NCBI GenBank assembly: GCA_964016885.1
Contig: OZ024743.1
Location: forward strand, 111,228,001-111,292,000
Direction of reading: 5' to 3'
Origin: Eledone cirrhosa
Taxonomy: Eukaryota
Length of the DNA stretch: 64,000 nucleotides
Below the pieces are notes generated by a model. The model was given only the letters and a program-made list of their open reading frames with translations. It was not told the origin of the DNA and did no database searches. This document shows positions 53,587-64,000 of the stretch, one piece after another; position 1 is the stretch's first letter, and every line of letters begins with the position of its first letter. A program made the translations under genes and the position numbers.

Positions 53587-54001
53587 TATATTTCAATCAA
53601 GTGTTTTCCTTCATCAAAATAGTCGGTATATATACAACAACCTATCTGACCTGAATGTTCAATTAATATTTTTATTTTTATTTACACACAAGCTCTGCTA
53701 GACATAGCTCTCTAACGACACATCGCAAACACCTCAGTGTCATCCAACCTATAAAATATAAAAGGCATGCAATTATAAAATAGGACCCAACACGTGAACT
53801 CGGGGCCTACTGTTGTGAGAAACAAAATGTCTCTACAATTACGCTGTTCAAATGAATAAATACCAACTTGTGATGCACTAATCTTGAACCAAATATATAG
53901 GATTTGTCATGGCTGGAATTGTTTTTATCATGATAGGTTTTGTCATTCATGATGGCATGTAGCTTGAAATAAAGGCAGCAACAACATTTCACACGTAATT
54001 A

Positions 54002-54112
54002 ATGGATAGTATGATAATGTTGATGGTATTGTTGATGAAAATGTTACATACAATGATGATGACGATGACGATGAGGATAAGGATGCTGCTACTGCTGATG
54101 ATGATGATGATA

Positions 54113-54144
<32 letters not shown>

Positions 54145-54616
54145 AAGGATGATGATGATGATGATGATGATAAGGATGATGAGGATGATGATGATGATGA
54201 TGATGATGATAAGGATGATAATGATAATGATGATGATAAGGATGATGAGGATGATGATGACGATGATGATAAGGATGGTAATGATGATGATGATGATAAG
54301 GATGATGGGGATGATGATGATGATAAGGATGATGGGGATGATGATGATGATAAGGATGATAATGATAATGATGATGATAAGGATGATGAGGATGATGATG
54401 ACGATGATGATAAGGATGGTAATGATGATGATGATGATAAGGATGATGGGGATGATGATGATGATAAGGATGATGGGGATGATGATGATGATCATAATGA
54501 TGACGATGATGATGATGACGATGATGAGGATGGCGATGATGAAATGATGATGACGATGGCGATGATGAGGATGATGATGATGATTATGATGATGACAATG
54601 AAGATTATGACGATGG

Positions 54617-54649
<33 letters not shown>

Positions 54650-54691
54650 CGATGTTGACGATGATGATGATGAAATAACGACGATTACGAC

Positions 54692-54722
<31 letters not shown>

Positions 54723-54879
54723 TTGATGGTGAAATGACGACGATCACGATGACGACGATGATTACAATGATGATGATGATGATGATGATGTTGACGATGA
54801 TGATAATAAAATGATGATGATGGCGATGATGATTATGATTATGATGATGATGATGTTGAAGATTATGATGATGATTATA

Positions 54880-54929
<50 letters not shown>
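54002..54929. repeat. Compound (GAT)n trinucleotide array
   Basis: GAT runs punctuated by AAG/GAG/GGG/GAC variants. Confidence 0.95.
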
Positions 54930-55155
54930 ATTCCATTTTACTATAAGTTTTATACATTCTAATTAAAAAAAAAAATCAATTAATCATATTACAATAATGC
55001 AGAGAATGTATGGGGAAGTAAACAATGTATATTTAATGTAAACAAACTTGTTTTTGATAATAAGATATATCCTACAGCATGCTTAACTACTACTTCAGAT
55101 GAAACGTCTGTGTATATACTGCATAAATGTTTAATGTGTCTAATACAAGTGTGTA

Positions 55156-55188
<33 letters not shown>

Positions 55189-55191
<3 letters not shown>

Positions 55192-55425
55192 CGAAGGAAG
55201 TGTGGGAAGGAACTAGGTAGACCATAACGCACCCGAGTACTCGATACTTTGGGCGGTAGAGTGGGTAATAGGCAAAGAGTCAGGACCCCAACGTCTAAGC
55301 TCCGGCCGTTTCGACAGCAAGATCCGAACGAACTCATTTCCTATTTCCCACTCTACTACCCTAAGTATCGAGTACTCTGGTGCGTTATGGTATCTTACCT
55401 GCTATCTCACCACCCTTTATTTACA
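55189..55425. mobile_element. Foldback MITE family Y, most complete copy
   Basis: Arms ACCATAACGCACCCGAGTACTCGATACTT..GTAGAGTGGG.AATAGG / CCTATT.CCCACTCTAC..AAGTATCGAGTACTCTGGTGCGTTATGGT. Confidence 0.8.
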
Positions 55426-55713
55426 TACATCATATACATAACGATGTGTATATACATACATACATATACATTTGGATGCAAATCACTTCTAGCATTCGAC
55501 TTCCTAAAAACAAGGATGACAGAGTATATTCATAAAGAGGGAAATGCGATGATGAACATGTTTAGACTCCCTTATTAATTGAGCTGTTATACATATTTCC
55601 ATGACGAAAGATATCTATCGTCATGGGAATATGTATGACGGCTCAATTAATAAAGGACTCTAAGATCTTGAGCTTTCATGTTCGCATTTTCCTCTTTATA
55701 TATATATATATAA

Positions 55714-55767
55714 AGAGAGAGAGAGAGCGAGATAGAGAGCGGATAGAGAGGAAGAGAGAGAGGGAGA

Positions 55768-55837
<70 letters not shown>

Positions 55838-55859
55838 GAGAGAGAGAGAGAGAGAGAGA
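55714..55859. repeat. (GA)n microsatellite
   Basis: Direct run. Confidence 0.95.
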
Positions 55860-57239
55860 TGTAAATTCCCCACCGTTGTGCCACTTGTGTGGTCTGCACA
55901 CCTTTTAGAGGGTGTAGTAATATGTGTTGGGTTTGAAAATATAGGGAACTAGACTTGCCAGTGCTCGGTTTAAATTATGAGAGTAGGAAACTGGTGTGAT
56001 GGAGAAAGTGCGTAGGGACAGAGGATGGTAAGTGTATCTGAACAAGCTAAAAGTAAGCAGAAGGAAGTTGGGTGGGTGGGTTTTTGGAGTGGTTAGTAGG
56101 TAGGAGTGAATTAGGAGAAGAAGGGGCATAATGGTTATAGAAATAGGGGGTTAGGCTTAAGGCTATTTATAGATAGCGCTTAGAGCTGGGGAAGTATGTA
56201 TTATTAAAATATAGCATAAACAATAATATCAACAATAAAATGCCGGTTTGAAAGAAGTATATGAGTAAATAACTAAATAAATTAGTAAATCGAATCAAGT
56301 AAGATCCGGTAAAATATAATGGTTTAAGAGTAGGTAAATGGAATAATATGGGTTGGTAACCAATGGTAAAGTGTATGTACTCCGTGTATGCACACTGTAT
56401 ACACATAGGCACACACACGTACAGAGGGAGTTTTAGAAGTTTATGAATAGAAAGGCATGAATAAATGAACCAATTATATTTTACCGATTGGAAAGTGTTG
56501 AGGTGAAAAATTAGAAAGTAAATAATTGATTGACTGGTAAGACTGTGTAAAGTATGCACATCCGTACACTGTCTCACTTGCATACACATAGGCCCTTACA
56601 TGTCCAAATGGGGAGTAGAGATAATAAAAATGGTCTGCACACACGCGCATACATGTATCATACACATACATGCACATATATACGTGCTACAATCATACAC
56701 CCATAAAGAATCGGGGAAGAAGAGGTGGTAAGGTTATCTGTACATACATATATGGAAAAGGAATGTCACGAGGTGAGTAGATGCTGGTTGATGGTACAAT
56801 GTCGGTGATATGTAAATATACTATGTGACGGGTGGGAGAGAGAGTGAGGATATGTGGTCTCCACCTGTGGTTTCTCGGGGGAAGTGTAGGTCTCCCCGGT
56901 CTCAGGACTTCACACACTATATGTATCTATTGTGCTAGCCGCAATTTCAATTCAGTGAACTTGGTGATTTTTTTTTCAATCTCCTGGTGTTCTGTGCATT
57001 TCTCTCAAATTAAATGTTTTAACCAATGAGTTTATTTGGTTTTCAGAATTCCCAAACAGTTTCAGGTCATACATAAATAGAATATAGTTTATAAATGGCC
57101 CTTGATTCCCAAATTATTAGCGCATTTTAATTTTTCTGAGTGTGAGTCGACTTTCCCATTCTCCCAAAATTGCTGGCTTTGTGCCTAATATAGAAACAAT
57201 TATTATATTTCAATCAGTACTATAACAACTAGTAACGGC

Positions 57240-58100
57240 GAGAATGAGACCCACTGGAAGATACCTCTTTTAATTTCTAATTCTCACAGAAAGACGTTGC
57301 TTGAGTATAACTTGTTCTTTCACTCTGGCATACACTTTGTGATGTTATCAGCAATACGACACATCAGCATACATTCACCAATTCAAGAATGAGGCACCTT
57401 CTTAAATTGAATTCAAGCCAGCCGTAGACATGTTTGTGCCTTATCAGTAATCGGTTATATCAATAAACTGGTGATCGTGGGTACCTTAGTACTTCTTCTT
57501 GCACCCTTTCTTCTTCCCTCTGTTGTATTCCTTCATTTGATAGTCAAAGCATATGTCTTCTTCACAAATATCCTTGTGAGAATATTTCATATATTGTTTA
57601 GGGCGGTAGTTTCCCACAGCATTCCTCTTACTTCTATATTTCATTACAAACGTTGTTTTTTCTGCGCATGTATTACACCTAAAATCTTTATTTAATTTCC
57701 TCCTACATTAACTCATAAACGCCTAAAAATCTCTAAGTATTTACAACATTCCTCTTCTATTTACTTCTTAACTTTTACTGATGGCAGCATCAACCCTTTG
57801 ATGTTTTTAATCTTGCCTCTGTTCAAGATTAATGCACCACGCTTTTTTAATCCGAACTCCATTCCGATGACAGCACTAAATGTATAAACTGTATCAACGA
57901 GGGAAGCAAGCTGGGATTCCTTCTTACCATAAGGCTTGAGGTCATGAATTAATAATTAATTAGAACCCAGCATTAGCTTTTCTCAAGATCGTTACCAATG
58001 GCATCATGCACAGAATAAACATCAGTGGTGACAGGCTGTCTCCTTGGAATATAGCTCTCTTGAATTCTATTGTTCCTAAATTACTTCCATATGCTGTCAA
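57240..58100 (-). mobile_element. Decayed R4-like LINE RT fragment
   Basis: Minus strand IFQGDSLSPLMFILCMMPL, HDLK, IGMEFGL. Confidence 0.75.
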
Positions 58101-59087
58101 CATGCAGACGGCACAAGATTCAACACATTACTTTTTAATGGTTGTAGGTTGTATACCCTGGCTTCTTTTGGGGTTGAAAATAGGACGGGCCCTGTCCTAT
58201 ATATTTTGCTTTGGAGAAGTATATTGTTTTGGGATTTTCTTTTTTCTCCCAAGACGAAAGTTAGGCTAGGGCTTTAGACAGTTCATACTTGATATCCGCT
58301 CCACCCGGACCAATTTCACTGTAATTGTATAGCATATCACCGTACAAAATAGGGCGTTATCCATCACTTTGGTGGTGAGGAGGAGACCCACTCCCTTTAG
58401 CATTTGTTTCGCATCTATTAATTCTACTTCATTCAAAGTTATATTCCGTGTCATATCTATACCTACGAAGGAAACGCTTGGTTTAGGGGTGCCACACTTT
58501 GATTTTACACCGCGCTTCTATATAGAGGTGGAAAGTTTACATCTTTGTAATGTTTGTTTGTTTGTTTGTTTGTTTTTTGTTGCTCCTGCTACTCCGTTTC
58601 TTCTGTTGCTGACGGTATTGTTGGTGGCAACGGTGACATTGTCTATAAAGTGTGTATGGAGAGTGGAGTTAGTGAGAATGTTTAATGACAGCAGTTATAC
58701 GTTAGATTAAAAACTGAACCATTCACAAAATTCACGCTTTCCTCCTAAAAATGCTTGTACATCTTGCACATGCAAGGGCGGGTATTTTTCCCCCATTAAA
58801 GATGAATGTGGCGTAACTAGGCCAAAGACACAAATAATTAAGGGTTCGCCTTTCTTGAGGGTCATTTCTGGCACTCTATTTGACGTTTGTGACAAATATT
58901 TGCTAATAAGATTTCAGAAACAGGTAAACGATGGCAAACTCACTACAGCTGAAATAAACTAATCTGTGGAGTCGTAACCGATAATAATAATAATTGTTTA
59001 TACATTTGGCATAAAGTCAACAATTCAAAGGAATGGGAAAGGTTATTAAATTGACAGCAAAGGACTACTGATATATTAAGTAATAAT

Positions 59088-59275
59088 AATTGTTTCTACT
59101 TTTGGCACAAGGCCAGCAATTGACAGTGTATTACTGGTACTTTATTTTATCGACCCCGTAAGGATGAAAGGCAAAGTTAACCTCGGCGGAATTTGAACTC
59201 AGGATGGCAAGGGCCGTAACTCTATGCGTCAAAGCATGGCGTCCGACCCTCTACCGACACTGCCAATTCACTAGA
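59088..59275 (-). mobile_element. tRNA-derived SINE
   Basis: Reverse complement of consensus; TTAAGTAATAATAAT on both sides. Confidence 0.9.
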
Positions 59276-59736
59276 CCTCTTTAAGTAATAATAATAATTT
59301 GTTGTGAAATATATACGTTGAACGATGGAAAAGCGTACTTTGTCTACACCATATTGGTAACAGCCTAGACAGTAAGACCTTTAACAGAATTACTTCGAAA
59401 ATAGAATAGATAATTTAGGTTATTTATTAGTTACTTCATTCAAGAAAATTCCATGACTATGATATTGTGTGCCGGAAGAAAGTAATAAAAATAGAAAGAA
59501 ACATGAAAAGGAAGCCTTTTAGATCAAATCAAATTCTGGAAATGTAATAAAGAAACGCAAAAGTAAAAGAGCCAGCATATATTAGAGTAGAATCAAAGTA
59601 AAGAGTTATTATCTAATTACATATTATTAAGGTTGTGCGGATATATGTTTAGATAACATTTGTTTTTGAGAATAATGTATTTTACGTAAGTACGTTAAAT
59701 ATATGTCTACACACACACATACACACACACGCACGC

Positions 59737-59772
<36 letters not shown>

Positions 59773-59931
59773 ATGTATATATATGTATGCATATATGTAT
59801 GTATATGTATATATATATGTACGTATATATATATATGCATATATATATGGGTATATAGGTATATATATGTGTATATATGTGTATCTATTTATATGTATAT
59901 TTATTTATATTTATATATACGTATATATATT

Positions 59932-60111
<180 letters not shown>

Positions 60112-60153
60112 TATATATATGTATGCATGTATGTATTTATATACATTATATAC

Positions 60154-60225
<72 letters not shown>

Positions 60226-60474
60226 GAGAGAGAGAGATGTATATGGTTGTGGTGGGAGGGTATTTGATAATATATTTCTGAAATGTTACTCTACCGTTAA
60301 GAAGATTAGTTTGATGCGTTCAGATGTGTTTACGTAATAATAATTGTGCTCAAAAATAATGTTCTCGTGTACGAATTTAACTATCTTATTTCACACAGCT
60401 GCATATATATGTATGTATGTATATATATATATAATGAAAAATTGATATAATGAAAAATATATATATATATATGC

Positions 60475-60589
<115 letters not shown>

Positions 60590-60877
60590 CGTGTGTGTGT
60601 GCGCGTGTACGCGTGCTTGTGTGTGACCGATTAATCTATTTTCCATCTTTACTCGCCCTTTGATATGTCTGTCTCTAAACAGTTTCAGTGATCATTTTTA
60701 CACCTGGTATGGTATGATCGGATCGTCGATGTTCCACCCATAATATATAAAAAGGACTTTTATGCCTTGATATTTGTAATACCACATGGTATCTGTCCTC
60801 AAAACGAATGCCTGCAGATTGGAAATTGATTCCTTATTTCGTCTGTATCATGTTACTTCGTCTCGAATATGAATGGA

Positions 60878-60913
<36 letters not shown>

Positions 60914-61649
60914 ATGTATGTGTGCGTGTGTGCGTGTGCGTGTGTGTGTGTGTGTGCGTGTGTGTGTGTTTTTGTATGTGTGTCTAGGGACGTATGTATG
61001 TGTCTGAAAGCGCCTGTTTTTTAGCCAGTTCTAAACTGTTTATGCTTCGGTCCATTGTATCTAGTAATCTGGTAGCTTAAAAAATAGTGATGGATGGTAT
61101 AAATACCACCAAAAATATGTACTGTGATTTATATGAGCTTCTGAACTGGCTCTAATCGATTGGTAAAAGTAATAGAATCTTCATTCTTTTCCATTTTGTA
61201 ACGCCCGAATTGGATTTGTGACTCATATCTTTAGAAAATACATTAACATTAAATATTCAAATTTTTCTAATCTTTTCCTAATTTCGAAGTTTTATATTTC
61301 GAGGAAAATGACGCAAACATGAGTTCTATTACTTTATCAACTTACGTAGAATTCTCAAAAGGAAAAGAAGATAAAATAAAATCCACTGTATTTCAAACAA
61401 GGCGTATATCTACACCCCTATTTGCAGACATTACGGTAAGCCAATAAATCAAGGAATGTTAATTGTGTAATTTGAGTTTTGACAGCGAGAAAAGTAACAA
61501 AATAATGCAGAATACGATTTACATAGTGAAACAGTGATTCTGATTTTAATAGTAAATAGGCGCCAATCCTAGAAGACCAATATGCATGTGATATGTTCGT
61601 AATACGCAGACTAGCTTTGATGGAATCTCCTTGCTCTCTTTGAGGATTA

Positions 61650-63050
61650 GTATAGGGATTTTTGAAAGCTTTATTCTGGAGAGGTTGTGCAGTTTTTTTA
61701 TCAAATAAACCGCATTTCAAACATTTGTTGGCGCATTAATGTCTCAAAATATATTCTCATAAATATGGTAATGCATTACTCTTTATTAAATCCATTATAT
61801 AGTGTGATGTTAAACTGCTCATTCAAATATATAGCTTGATTCAACGTGTGCCTAATGCGTGCATTAAAGGTCAAACAGAATAAAATTATATGTGACCACA
61901 TTTCTAAAAGCAGTGTCATATATCTGATGTTTGAAAATATTAGTTTAATAATCACTTCAGATTGAAATGTTCTTCTATAAAATTGTATAGTTCACACAAT
62001 TTCGTGCAGTTGTGTAGTTTAAAACTCATTCAAACACGTTTCCATGAGTTTCACTGATATGGTATTGAAGCATGAGGATTACGTTTGCCACTTTAGCACT
62101 CGGACTGCTGAAGAATTCCTTGATCATTCCAGCAGTGTTTTTCGGTTTGTTGTCGAGCTAAAAAATCGACAACCTCTTCACATGAGATATCATGTGCATA
62201 ATTTTCTTTATTGTATATTTGGAAATCACATCTTTCTTCGGTAAAACAGTACGAAACAAAGATATTACCACCAATTTGGTTAACTCTCGGATTCATCGAA
62301 TTTGGGAGAATTCTCTTTCTATAACACTCTAGTAGAACAGTTGGTTGTCAAGACTATATTTCGACTAACGACGTCTAATCCGTATATCGAGGGTAAAAAC
62401 AACTACTTACACACCGGCGTTTTAGGGAAATGTCTACCTTTTCTTTTTATTAACCCCCAAGTTCAAAATTCATTTGTCGATTTTTTTAAAATGTATATAC
62501 TGTTGTCGGTCAAAGATTTGGGAACATCCCAAATCGACCATTGCTATCACTACAATTTGTTCAGACTCATAAGTTCCCTCTCCAATCACACCTCATTTCA
62601 TCCTACATCTCCCATGTAATTTGCCATTTCATGCCAGGTCACGCCATATCACAAGAGTCTATGTCGTATTTGAGATCCGGTATGAAAGTGTGGTACGTCA
62701 ATTGATGTCCTCGGAAGCGAGAAGTGTTGCTGGTATCTTCCGCATCTGAGCACAAAATACTCACATCGTAATTTCACCTATTACAATCCCTAAAAACACT
62801 CGAAATGATTTCAATCTAACTGATTATCCTTCTCCAAGAGATGTCTTTTTAGTTGTTTCCTTAATATTTCTCAGAATGCACATTCGGTACCTCCGACGAA
62901 GGAACCACACACAGGCCGATAAACACAGCGCTATGGTAATATCTTCAACACAGTTTTCTAGCGCAAATTTTCCAAAGCTTTGCTGCAAACAACTTATTTC
63001 TAACCGTATATGACAGCTCTAATACGCCCCATCATTATCCGCAACCACAA
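61650..63050 (-). mobile_element. Possible ancient piggyBac-like transposase relic
   Basis: Minus-strand fragments RFRGHQLTYHTFIP..KY (compare 'FRGR..RQYIP.KP.KYG'), LTDN, and a distal CANKCLKC; termini not found. Confidence 0.3.
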
Positions 63051-64000
63051 TGTATTAATGGATGTAGAACGTTTTCAGATTTGTCACGAATCTATTATAT
63101 TATTTAACTTATTTGTTTTATTTACATATATCATTTCTGTTTCTTTTTCTTGTTTTTGCTTCCACTCTTACTTAACTGTATGAAATATGTTTCCCATACT
63201 ACATGTTAAGATAAGAAAATCAAAGTTTTAGATTTATCTATTTCCTGTTAAACCCATGCTTCCCTTTTATTACCCACAGATGCGTGTTTTTCTTTAGCAG
63301 ACATGCAATGCTTTCAGAACCCGGTTTTTAAAAAGAGAAATAAAAATTTGCTACAAATGTGGTGCTACATATTTTTCTTATTTATCCCTGGTGACATATT
63401 ATATGTAAACACGTCAAAACTACAGGAAACATCTAGGTTTTCTCTAGAACCCGATATAATATTTCAGCCTTGATTAGATGCTGATGTTATACAAATCACA
63501 AGTATATCTCACCCTCACATTAGATGTCCCACTATATATCTTAAAAACTTTGAATACCTCACATACAAATTTCTTTTGACGCATTCAAAAAGAAAAGCGG
63601 GGACGCCTGTAAACCTCACTAGCGCTCTCCTCACGTTTTTGTTAATATGATATATAGATATTTAATTTATGTCAATATTTTGTTGGATTACATTGAATTG
63701 TTAAATCAGAAAATTACATTACATTCTGAAATATAAATGCACTGAAATATATTAAAAATAAACTAAACTTTACCATTGAATTTGTTTTCAAGTTGAAACA
63801 CTCAGTTTTTCTTAGATCACTGTAACGAAATATTTTACATATCACACTGATTTTAAGAGTGCATGTGTTTTAGCATCATGTGATCCGTTTTTAGTCATCA
63901 AGAAAATACGAATACGACCCAGTAATAGCTAGTAATCAAACTAAATTACACACGGAGATGAAGGTGATATGCTACACGACGTCGTTATAAATATAGCTTT

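Noticed and set aside
53989-54957. Met/Ile/His-rich ORFs, and a possible poly-Asp acidic protein in the GAT frame
   Set aside because: Trinucleotide repeat with no splice, start or flanking domain support
55900-56950. Strand-biased segment with weak IVY/YV motifs on the minus strand (possible PLE relic)
   Set aside because: Motifs are too decayed and no hammerhead could be confirmed

Overview
AT-rich, non-genic animal DNA saturated with (TA)n/(CA)n/(GA)n/(GAT)n microsatellites. The repeat landscape resembles an octopod cephalopod genome (inference only). No host protein-coding exon is supported, and most ORF-track entries are translated microsatellites. The window holds many transposable elements: a young 5'-truncated Penelope-like element (PLE; RT + GIY-YIG, Nematis-like) with an ~870-bp inverted terminal copy; a second decayed PLE; R4/Dong-like RLE LINEs; RTE LINE fragments, one with a twin-priming-like inversion; a Chapaev-like DNA transposon interrupted by a non-autonomous Helitron; foldback MITEs; and more than 10 copies of a tRNA-derived SINE. 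Two signals stand out, both found by manual pairing and not yet computed. (i) There are 11 type-I hammerhead ribozyme motifs from about 6 sequence families within 6-26.5 kb. Most have a self-complementary stem III, several carry U3-A8 or U4C core variants, and many sit in palindromes or a tandem repeat inside (TA)n tracts. (ii) An ~400-nt, compositionally distinct, multi-helix RNA-like domain lies in the 3' UTR of the young PLE.
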